A stretch of 64,000 bases of DNA, from positions 9,734,001 through 9,798,000 of the forward strand of contig JAQFVV010000002.1 in the NCBI GenBank assembly GCA_028023455.1, written 5' to 3'. Position numbers and translations under genes: made by a program. This DNA comes from Epiperipatus broadwayi (lineage: Eukaryota; Animalia; Onychophora). This document shows, in pieces, positions 1 through 11,469 of this stretch (positions within the stretch are counted from its first letter, which is position 1; every line of letters starts with the position of its first letter). The notes beneath the pieces are model-generated. The model was not told the origin of the DNA. It did no database searches and saw only the letters and a list, made by a program, of their open reading frames with translations.

Positions 1-640
1 ATTGTTAAAGTTATTAATTTTAGTTTTGGATTATGTTTGTATAATATCTCTTGCTCACAGTAATAGTTATAGAGCTTTTGCTCATTGAACTGTATTCATA
101 CATAATGATCTATCATATAAATAATGTTTTTGGACATCCAGATGATCCTGGATTGGCGCAAAAGTATATCCTTTGAAGTCCATGTACTACATTTTATTTA
201 GTTTTTATTATTAGAAATTAAGTTCAGAGTTGGCCAATACATTAATAGTGCTGAATGGCCAGTGCATAGATGATGGTCAGGATGTTTTAATATTTCCGGA
301 TTATTTTTTTATTGATGTATTCTGATGACTTAGCACTTAAATCTATGCATCCAAATTATTATATTGTATTTCTGTCCTAAGTTTTGGCAGTGGCTAAATA
401 ATTAGCGTGGTATATAGGAAACCACTTTCAAATCCAGTCACAAAATTGAAGGTTGATTTTATTATTACTTTGTAATGCTGATCACGTTTGTGTAAACTCG
501 TAGTTAGTTCTGTGCAAATCTTTCCTGCTCATTGATTTATGCTCATTCCTTTTATATTTAATATATAAATTTGGTGATAACTGGGGTTGATGATGAGGAG
601 TGCCATCACCCGATTCATCCCTTACTTTGTACCATTACAA
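1..640 (-). mobile_element. Decayed apurinic-endonuclease-like fragment of a non-LTR retrotransposon (L1/Tx1-like?)
   Basis: Broken minus-strand translation includes TWTSKDILLRQSRIIWMS, resembling the APE C-terminal TW...SRIDY motif. Many stops. Confidence 0.3.
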
Positions 641-984
641 TATATTTAAACACTGATAATTCATTTATTTAAATGCTAAGGAATTTATTTTTTTAATTGT
701 TAACAATAAATAAACCTATTAGAAACTTTATTATCAAAACAAAAATTAAAATAGAACTAAACATTAAATATTTTAAAATGATTCAATTGTAATTATAAAA
801 TAGGAATCACAATCAAATATATAAATGACAATAAATCCAAAAGTTCTTATTTAAATTTCAGTTTACGTAAAAGTTGATATGCACAATATCTTTGATATAG
901 TATTTAATTTTCATTTAGAATTAAATAAGGTTATAGATATAAATATCAAATCCTTTATTCCTTATTGGCATATTTGAATTACAT

Positions 985-1387
985 TAAAATGATAAAAAAA
1001 TCAAGTCAGATGTCATATGACCTAATTTTAATAAAACTCGTATTTACAAATGTTATATATAGAGTTCGCAAAACAAACTCTTAACAAGCTTTGAGAATAT
1101 CCTCAACCTCAGACCGTTTTCTGCATCTAGCGTCGTCTGAAAGTTTCAGATTTTCTTCTCAATAGTTATACATTAGATAAAGTGCTGGACTTGTCCTAGT
1201 ATTTTTAATCTAATGAATATCCTCACACCTCACTGACGATGCTAGATGCAGAAACCGGTCTGGGGTTGAGGATATTCTCAAAGCTTGTTAAGAGTTTGTT
1301 TTGCGAACTCTATATATAACATTTGTAAATACGAGCTTTATTAAAATTAAGTCATGTGACATCTGACTTGATTTTTTTATCATTTTA
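985..1387. repeat. Foldback (head-to-head inverted repeat) of a PLE 3' tail
   Basis: Arms 985-1137 and 1235-1387 are reverse complements (6 mismatches counted over about 149 bp), with a spacer of about 97 nt. Confidence 0.95.
1215..1277 (+). ncRNA. Minimal type I hammerhead ribozyme, PLE-associated
   Basis: GAATATCCTCA-CACCTCA / CTGACGA / TGC-TAGAT-GCA / GAAA / CCG / GTC / TGGGGT-TGAGGATATTC. Intact CUGANGA and GAAA core, 3-bp stem II, palindromic ACCGGT stem III, long stem I, and predicted GUC cleavage after 1260. Confidence 0.85.
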
Positions 1388-1399
1388 TGTTTATGCATA

Positions 1400-2650
1400 T
1401 GGATATTACAAATATTAACAAGTGTCAAATGCCATTTTCAATGTATATTTTCACTTCCAAATTATAATTTATCAATGTTATTATTAAATAGGCATTTGAA
1501 AACAAATTATTGCATAATCTAATACTTATTTTGTTAGACAACTCCTCCATCTCTTAAAATGTATCTTGGCATAGATGATTCTTGCATTAAAAATAAAATG
1601 TCAAAGAATGGTCATGTTTTAAAAAGCAATAGCATGAAATAAGACAGATAAGTCCTTTTTGTATGTTATATTAATTGTAATTTTATGAGAATTAAGATAA
1701 ATATTTTAAAACTTATTTATCAAAATTCACAATTTATGATAATATATCGGTCGAATTTGTATGTTCATTCAACAAGATCTAGGATATAAATAAAAGTACC
1801 TCAAATCCAGTCATGCCCAAGATACACAGGTCAGGAGCAATCATGAATTCTAACCTATTTGCCTATTCCCCAAATCTATAACAACACGAACAACATCTCT
1901 GGTAATACAGATAAATTTAATTCATTCCAGGCCCAGAGACACAGCAGAGATATGATTTCTTATGGCTACCAATGTGACTATCTAACTAGACAATGAAAAT
2001 ATGTTACAGACTAACACTTTCGTAGTACTTAAAGATATGTAGATTATGTAATGATAAGATCAACATAATTGATAAACAACCAATAATGAGATGTAAGAAT
2101 GAGCAACTTATACTAAAATAAGTCTACACATGATAAGCATGATCTCAGGTAAACCAGAGTATAACGAATTCTTAAAATATGAATTATCTTAACAAAACTG
2201 GGACTAAATTAAATAACAATTCGAACAAGTGAATAATTTGATATAAAACTTCAATTACATGATGACATAATTGTTTATACATATATACTATAGCTACGAG
2301 TTTCACTTATGGAATGTTGGGTTATCAATTTATAATTATGTAATCCAACATTATCGAATCTGATATTGATATAAATGTTATTTATAGAAAATGATACCTA
2401 TAAATATATAATTAATATAATGCGGTCTTAATATGCCAAAAATAATTAATAAAGTTTCACATAATAATTTGACAATATTAACGCTATTTAGAATTGAGAG
2501 AATGGGTAATTAATGACCATCACGAAATGTACTTAAAGAGTTAGATGCTTTGTTGTTTAGGTTTAACCAAATTAATATATATAAATGCAATACGACCAAT
2601 GCCATTTCTAGCATACATGAGTTATACATAACGAAAGAAAGTAATATAAT
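1400..2650 (+). mobile_element. Highly decayed Penelope-like RT fragment
   Basis: Fragmentary motifs KTDKS (cf. KADKG), PKIHRSG and YRK across frameshifts and stops. Confidence 0.45.
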
Positions 2651-2699
2651 TTACAATAAATGGTATGAATATTAAATAATAGAAAGAGAATTACGAATG

Positions 2700-4250
2700 C
2701 ATTTGGGAGTCGCTCATTTTAAAAGGGGTAAATGGCTTAATTTAAGCTTGATCTGTGACATTCCGTATATAATCAATATTAATGAATAATGAATGGTCCA
2801 TTATCACAGCAATACGACTTATAGATAGTAAATAGGCATACATTTAAATATTCAGAAGTGGCAGTGCTAGCATGGATGGCAGCAATAAAAGAGGTTCAGG
2901 CCATTTGTGGCCAATGAGAAGCTTCATCATTTATTAGAAAATAAAGAGTATATCCGTGCTTTGGCGGAGCGATATCTTGGGCTGAGGGAGGTAGGAAGAT
3001 GCAATGGGCTGGCTGTTCCGGGGTAATCCCACACAGAACAGTCGCTATTCTAACCTAAAATGTTCTGGGGCATAACACATATCCCTTGATTAGAACAGGT
3101 ATGACAAGATGGGCTCAGAGTTCCGATGATCCCGAATGACAAAGCAACAATATAAATACAATAATGCTGGCATCTGCTACCAATGCGATAAGTAAATACA
3201 TCAATACGATATGAATTATGACCTAAATAAATATAATATCAAGCGTAACGGCATGACCAAGTATTAGACTATTTTATAAGAATAAATGTTATTTGGCTAA
3301 TTACTGAATGTCATAATAACGAAAATAAATATGATTCCTTTATATAAACAAATCCCATATACATTTAAAATAATCAATAAAATATTACATGAATTGTCTA
3401 CTCAAAAGGCGTTACAAATAACATTATATTTATTACTCTCAAAAAAGTGATGGTCATCGAAGTTACTCGAAAATATTACAAGTATGATTTAAATGATAGC
3501 GCTAATAACTAACAATAAATTGATATTACTAATGAATATAGCAGTATTATAGCAATCCTTCATTAAACAAATAAAATCATTTAATCATTACTCAACCCAG
3601 TGAGTATGTGCATTCATAACGAAACTAACATGAATTAATTAAACCTCCCTCCCATAATGGGATTTATTAGACTAATAAAAGTGCTCATGAGGTTGGGTTA
3701 GATTGGCATATAAATTTAAGTTCAAAACAAAATACATAAAATATAAATAATGTTAACTAAGAAGATTTAGCGCACTCAAGTACAGAAATAAAATAAAGCT
3801 TGAACTGGGTGAAAGAAACTACAGATTTATTTATAGAGTTATAGAGAGTCGTAAAATGAGAAATCAAATATAATAAAATATAACTGGTATGATATCACCA
3901 GCATGTTAATAAACCGAGAATTACATTGATAGGGTTCTTCCGATATCATGTCAGCTTGCCGGGCCAGATGGATCCATGTTCTTGAGAGGGAGTTTTCAGT
4001 GGCAGCATGGGAAACAATATCTCTTTCATTATGTAGCAGGTAGCATCCTTTCCATAAATCACTTTCTATTTGTTAGGCAATCCATCGATTACTGCGAATA
4101 ATCATGGCATGGAGATGATCTAAGAAAGATCGGGGAAAAGGTGAATTTGGTCCCACTACTCGACAGTCATAATGTCAAAATTTTGAGTGACATGGATTCT
4201 GTTAGCCTCCGAACTTTAAATTAATTCTTCTCTTTTCTTATTTGTGTCAA
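2700..4250 (+). mobile_element. GC-richer non-LTR retrotransposon remnants (unclassified)
   Basis: LAWMAA...CG resembles the L1/Tx1 C-terminal zinc-finger region (2850-3050). AGPDG and SIC.AIHRLLRIIMAWR resemble RT domains 0-2 (3950-4120). Weak. Confidence 0.28.
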
Positions 4251-6989
4251 ATTGAGCCCTATTTATACTTGGTTATATTATCTTAGGAATGCTTTTAAAG
4301 AATCACCCAAGCCAATGTGGATTCTAACTTACCTCGTGTGCTATAAATCAGTAGGAAATGTGCTTTTGTCTTTACATAACAGAAGATGCTGTTTATTGAT
4401 AAGTTCTCAAAGATAATGTTCAAAATCTATTTTTGGTTTAGAAACAGACTCAAATAGATATAATTTCCATTAAACTATTTGTAGCTAAAATTAAGTAAAT
4501 AGAGCTATTTTGTTACATTTAACCAATGTATTGCTCTATTGTTCATTAAATTTATATTACTCTACTTGCTTTCCAGAACCTTCTCAAACATTGCATCCGC
4601 TTCTACCACCATTTTATATTAACTAATAATAAAAAATAAAATATTAAAATGAATGCAATATTAATATTTATATCACATGTAAGTATCCGCTGTATAAACA
4701 TAAACGCACACACATGACTCTTGATATTTAGAAATTTTAAATTATAATAAATTTTATAAATTTGATATTTAAATTATTGTTGGAGGTCGTGAAGAGTTAT
4801 GTGTTGATTCCCCAATAACCCAGGCATGTGGAAGAATGGGTTTGAACCGTTCTTGGTGATTAGTCTGGTTGTTGGGCAATGAAGCATAAATCTGGATCAG
4901 ATTTACTGCTTCAATAATGATTATATTTTCTCAACTTTAACATCCTTTAAACTAAGTTCTTAAATAAAACTGTATCATCAAACAAAAAAATATAAAAACT
5001 AATATGCTGACTGTGATACCCTACATTAATTATTAATATTCAATAGAAGATTCTAGGCACAGAATAAATTTCTGGTTCCATTTCTTAATTATTTTTACAT
5101 ATACAAATGAAATCTCACTAAAGGAGATATGATAAATATCTTTACTTCTCTAGAAATCCCTATTTAATAATTTTGTCAGATTAAGTGAACATATAGTAAT
5201 AATTCACTAATATCTTAACTCATTAATTTTCCGTTTCAAAAATACGAATTTGCATTACTGAAAACTTAGATAAACATTAAATAACTATTAATTTTGATAT
5301 TTACAGTATTGAATATATATTTATAAATATGTTTTACACAAAATTTATTTTTAATAATATAAAAAAATGTATGCTTAACCTTATTTAAGCATAGCATTTT
5401 TGTTAAGCATTAAAAAAAAATTATTGATGTTTTTTTCTCTTTATCAAATGTAATATGTAATAATATTACTAAAACATCACATAATCATCATTTTTTATGC
5501 TTACACAAGCTATTACAACAGTAACAAACTACGTGCACAGCTCTTAAATCCAAGGCTTCTTACTGATGCAGCCACAGACTGAAAACTAGTCTGGGAATAT
5601 TGAATGAATAGGCACTAGATAGGGATTTTATGCACAAACTTTGCAACTATTGATTACTAAGGCTTGCACTGGATGCGACTACTATATGGAGAATTTGCTA
5701 CTGATTTAATAATATTGTAATTATTAATTCTAATACCTTATTAAATATTTTTATACTACAACAATCAAAAAAAATAAATTTATCACTTAATATTTTTCAT
5801 CTTCACTTTCTTGTTTAACAATGTAGATCAGATTATTTAATATTTTTTTTTCCTTTAGTTTATTTCCATAAGATTTAGAAATTAATGTCAATTTTTTTTA
5901 ATTCTAAATAATGCACAATAATGTCAGTGTCTATTTTTCAAATTATTTTACTTGTTATATTTTTGTAATGAATTAATTTTCTACTCTCACTTTCCAATTT
6001 TTACAGATTTCATGTAAGAAATAAAGTTAATATATGTAAGTAAATAATGGATTTAAATATATATTTTTTACTCGATTAACTTTTCTAAAACAAAATAAAT
6101 ACACCTATACTCCGCTTAGCGCTTGCCGTTTAAGTGAGGATTCACAATAATGATCATCAATTTGTAACCACTATTTTGATTTACAATTGATTATTTAGTA
6201 TAACGATCTTAAAAAAAAATTTCAAATAAATATTTGTGGTGGCCATTTTGTAAGACTAATGATGTCATAGGATAGTAATTGACACTATATCATCTAAAAG
6301 CAATATAATGGCATTCATGCTAAGATTGTACAATAGAATTTATTCATGGTACACAACATTAGTGCTATACACAAAATTTTGATTATAAACTTAAAATATA
6401 TTAAATGAATGTATAGTACAATATTTTATTTTATTTTTATCCATGTCCTTGCAAGTCGATCAGTACTTCATAAATGATACATCCAAAGTAAAAAATTTTG
6501 TCGTTAATGATTACAAATTCAATATAATAAATAGCCAAAATCATATTTTAATAAAGTATAACAACCAAATATATAAATACAGTATTAAATTTTTAAATGT
6601 GTACATTAGATAAAAACTACACTTTTATGGATTAAAATTTTTACTAACAATACTTTGCTTCCAGCAAAAATTATGATCATCATATTGTAATTTAGTTATC
6701 ATAATTGTTATTTTGAAATAAAAATGATTTCAGAATATTGAACTTTATTACTAAATATAAATTAAAAATAACACTATTTGCTCCATTTTAAAATATTTCA
6801 TAATTTGTTTTAGAATTGCGGATGCTATTGCAATTATTTAATAAAATATAGAAATGAAAATTTTATTCAGCACAAAACAAAAAATAAATTTTGGTAATAT
6901 ATTATTAATATTTAATTTTAAATTGTGTACAGTGTAAATATTAATTAAAATATTCAGTCAAATCAAACTATGAATGCATTTTTGGTTAA

Positions 6990-7898
6990 CCTTTCTGACA
7001 TGCAGCCTAACTCACATTTCAGCATTTTCTGACGTTTTTCTTTGTCTCACAAATCAACAGAAAATATATAATTAAATGATTATTACTTATATGAAGATAA
7101 TAAATTTGACTTCATTTGATAGATATTTTTGTTTACTACTGAAATAAATTCTAAATGTTCAAATTTTGTTTCTGTAAATATTAAAAAAATAAGATCGTAA
7201 TCAAAACAAAGAGTTGACATGTCATCATTTCTAGAAAGATTATTTTCAGTTTATAAAATCAACAAAATTTTTCTTAATTCTTACTATTTTTAAAAATCAA
7301 AACAAATATTTATTTATTTCTCTTATATCTAACGAATTATACTTTAAAAGTTTAAAATATTTGAATATTTATTGCAAAACTGTGATATTTTCATACTTGT
7401 AAGTATAAGTAGATTGCTTATGTAGAAGCTAAGCTTATATATTGCTTCAGGCCGTGTTTAAATTTGCTGCTAATATAATGTTATATTTTTGAAAATAAAG
7501 TATTTCAAGTCAAAATAAGTTAATAATTTAGACTTCTTGATATCTAATAAATATAGTGTAAATTATTGTAAAAAAAAATATCTATAACAGTAATAAATTT
7601 ACAAATAAACACATTTTTGATTATCGGAACAATTTTCTTTAAACAATGTTGTAAAATGCCGAATGTTTTACAGCTTTGGCAACAGACAATGGCTGAACAT
7701 GTCAGGGCGGCGCTTATGTCTATTGTAAGAGCGGGAATTTTGAATTTCCCGCCTTCTAGTGCAAATTTTTCAGCGAAAATTATATACAATAAAATATACT
7801 GTTTTACATGCATTTTAACGTATAATACTTATGAAAAAATTCACCAAAGGGCGAATTGGTCCAAAAAACAAAATAATTCGCGAGAAGCATCCTAAAGG
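6990..7898. mobile_element. piggyBac-like non-autonomous element
   Basis: TTAA at 6986-6989 and 7899-7902 flank imperfect termini CCTTTCTGACATGC and (reverse complement) CCTTTAGGATGC. Confidence 0.45.
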
Positions 7899-8187
7899 TT
7901 AAAAAAAAAAGAGCAAAATTGGTACACTATGCAGTTAATAATAAACTTTATATGATAAAAATTCAAAACAAATAAAAGGAAAAGAATCACACCTTTAATA
8001 TTTATTTAAATGCTTCAGATATCAGCCTTTACAATTATGGTATCAAGTGAAAAAATTTTAAGTCATTTAAAAAAAAATGACTGCCACACTTAATAAAGTG
8101 CAACATTTTGTGATAAAAAATGCCACAGCTAGCATATATGTATATAAATGTGGTTTATTTAGATTTGTATAATACATATTGTAAAAA

Positions 8188-9234
8188 GGTACTAGTTGTT
8201 TAGCCCATACAAATCACATGATGGCATTGTTTATGTAAAAAAACACATAAAATGCCATTTACATGGCCCAACTTATGTCTAATCGAAGAGTTCTGTTCAG
8301 ATTAGCCATTGCAGACCACCTAATATGATGTCCTGCCCTGCTGTGCTTCACAATAATGTATGCAAATACGCACACTTCACAGAGCGCTACGCATCATGTG
8401 AGTGTCTGGAATTCAACTGGCTCTAATTCTTAAAATCTTCATTCCAAGTAATGATATTACACCCTATCTGACATAGTATTACATACTAATAATTATAAGC
8501 CTGACGCTGCGGTTCCGAACAAAGATTGAAAGATGAGAACAAATTCAAAATGATATGCCCAAGCACGATTTCATAGAACTCACGGGAAAAGTCACGTTTG
8601 CGCGAGAACAGTTGCGAGACAAATCAAATATCTGAGGTTGCAGCTCATTTTGGAATTCGTAAAGTTAGTTTGCTTAGACTAGTGCATCTATTGGCCGATC
8701 TTTCGAATCAGCAAAACCATCAGGACCACCCCTCTGCGCATTACCGCACTACACGCTGACATATCCCCCCCTCATGAGGCCCTATCGCACTTTTCGATGC
8801 CGTCTTTAACAAGTTGTCAAAAATACTACTTTCTTTCTAATCAAAAATAATTCATTAATACACGTTTTTTGATATAAAAATAATACAAGAAATCAGACAA
8901 TAAAAAAAAAAAACTTTGTTAAAAGCCAAAAAAAAGAAGTATTTTTTTCATAATCAAAAATAATTAGACCATCCCCCCCCCGCACATTGCTGCGCTTTGC
9001 AGTGTTGTATTTGGACAAGTTGTTTGAAATAAATGCGCATTATTAAAACAAAATTTTAAAAAAGTTTGTTTACAATCCAAAATAAGTAATTAATACATGT
9101 ATTTTTATATATATAAAAATAAAAACAGAAGTTGGATAAATAAAAAAAAAAAACAGAAATTGGATAAATCAAAAAAAGGTTGGCCACATAAACAACACCA
9201 ACAAGCGAGTTGTATGGGCTAAACAACTAGTACC
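8188..9234. mobile_element. Non-autonomous TIR element with GGTAC termini (Merlin-like)
   Basis: Perfect 25-bp TIR GGTACTAGTTGTTTAGCCCATACAA at 8188-8212 and 9210-9234, with a CpG-rich interior. The 8-bp flanks match poorly (TGTAAAAA / ATAAAAAA), so a TA-TSD reading (8192-9230) is also possible. Confidence 0.75.
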
Positions 9235-9649
9235 ATAAAAAAAACAAGCCTTAAATATTGATTACAATATGCAAACACTTTTTTGTGTGTTTTTTAATAC
9301 GTGGGAATTTTTTTTTTTTTTTGTGCTAACTGTGATTAGGTTTTGATAATGCAAAGTACTCTTACACTAATAATAAATAAAAGTCCTTATGATCAATTAA
9401 ACAAGTTGTTATTAAACATTTTCATTAAATTTTAAATAATTTCAGTAATATAATTTAGTAGTACAAATTTTAAACAATAAAACTTCAGTATGGAGTTTCT
9501 TTCAAGCACTTGCATGGAATAACACAAAAAAATATTAACTGCTAGTTTACTTTTATTTTCTCAACCATTTTGCTGTACTTTTGGATAGTTAAAAGATGTA
9601 CTTTTTTCCTAGCGATTCTGTTAAAAAGTTTATAGCTACATATATTTTC

Positions 9650-10010
9650 ACTTAAAATCATGGCAGCAACTAATATGACCAAAAAAAAATCAAGAAAATC
9701 TGAGCTTGGAAACCGAGATGGTTATTTTATGTAGACGGGAAAGAGAAGGAAATCATGACATCTGTTCTATGGGTTTATCCACATTTACTGTCATCACTAT
9801 TTTTAAAAACAAAGATAAAATAGAACAAAGTGCTCAAACCATCGTAGGTTCATCCAAAGGCTTTCAAAATCATGAAATCATGGCATCTCATATGAACAAA
9901 AAATTCCAAGAAGCACATCAATCATTCATTTTAAACTTGTTTTCCAGAGAATCCTCAGCTATCAACATCTAGAGCACTTCTCCCATGAAAGCCAAGATCA
10001 TCAAAGGATT
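9650..10010 (+). mobile_element. pogo/Tigger transposase N-terminal (CENP-B-type HTH) remnant
   Basis: ORF 9706-9972 reads ETEMVILCRRER...DICSMGLSTFTVITIFKNKDKI, resembling TIGD/Tigger psq HTH sequences (MGL..STV.TI.KNKDKI). No DDE domain seen. Confidence 0.6.
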
Positions 10011-10966
10011 TAGAAGACAATAATGGATCTTAGAATGAGCAATTGATGACTCACAAAGCTGGATAATTATGATTGATAATGGATCACCCAAAAAAAAAAC
10101 AACTTTAAGCTAGGTTTTTTTTTTTACATAATTTAAATTGCATTATCATACATACATATTTTAAGCGCATACTCACATAATATACATAGCACAGTTTATA
10201 GAAACATATAAGGTTTTTTAAAAAAAAATACTATACATACTAGGTTAAGTTTTTTGTTCACAACTTTTAATGCAATTTTTTGGTGGAGTAATCAGTCAAA
10301 TTTGTTCCCATAGGAAACCATTATAATTACTTGTTTTTTATATGATATTCTTGTTTAACAATGAGTTTTGGGGGACCAATTGTCCTTGCTGAGCAGGGTA
10401 AAGGTGTACTTACTAATAAATTAACAAGTTATTATGATATATAAAAAATAGTGCAACTTTTATTACAATACGGTTTTGAATTTCCACCATTTATCAATGC
10501 AAAATTTCTTCATAATCATTTATTTTTTATTAAATTAATTTTTTTTTAGAAATATTTACTAAGAAGTTACATTTAAATTATAGTAATGAATTATAATTAA
10601 TTTTTCAATATTTTCCATTTTACTAATATAATAACAGATTTGTATTTGAATGACTGAATATCCAAAAATTTTCTGAACCAAACAAGTTTGACAAAAGTGT
10701 TTTGATTTAATAGTAATCTAGCTATATACTTTTTTTAATAAATGGATGGTGATACTATGAATGCAGAAGTCCATTCATTGTACATCACTATTACGCAAGC
10801 ATTTATTAATGCAGATTGTTCACAGATCATAAAATAGTATGTTCAAAATTGTTGCATTAAAAAATAGATCTTGCAAAAACTTGATGTTCATTCTTGAGAA
10901 GTGTCTATTATTCCTGATAAATTTCAACAATTATTAAATGGGTTCACTAAAAAAAATCATAATCAA

Positions 10967-11191
10967 TTTTTTAAAAGAAAACAATATTTTCTGTTTAGCA
11001 GAATAATTTACTGAATGTAGAGTTTCATAAATAATATAAAAATTTAAAGGCTGAAATTAAAACAACCAATAAAAAAGACTTTTTTTAAAAGAAAACAATA
11101 TTTTCGGTTTAGCAGAATAATTTACTGAATGTAGTGTTTCATAAATAATATAAAAATGTAACGGCTGAAATTAAAACAACGAATAAAAAAG
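10967..11191. repeat. Tandem duplication, about 114-bp unit x2
   Basis: TTTTTTAAAAGAAAACAATATTTT...TAAAAAAG starts at 10967 and again at 11081. Confidence 0.9.
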
Positions 11192-11469
11192 CCTAAAAAT
11201 GACAAGTAGATTAAAACTACAAAGATTATATAGATATTTACTGATTGTACATATTTTTTTAATGCATTGAAAGTAATTTATAGATCTGAAAAGTAATAAA
11301 AATTCTATTAAATCCATTAGTGACACTTTCTTATTATAAAAATATTTCTAACAGATTAAAAAATAATACTATTGATCATCATTTGATTAGTGATATATCT
11401 ATTCTATCTAATCATTCCGATTTGAAGAACGATTAATGAAATTAAAATAGCTCTTTATAGTCTTAAAAA

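Noticed and set aside
4333-4388. Minus-strand segment with a perfect GAG/GTAAGT donor as exon 3 of the SR gene
   Set aside because: It is phase-compatible, but the translation (IFCYVKTKAHFLLIYSTR) does not resemble the RRM beta-4 strand and the acceptor lacks a pyrimidine tract.
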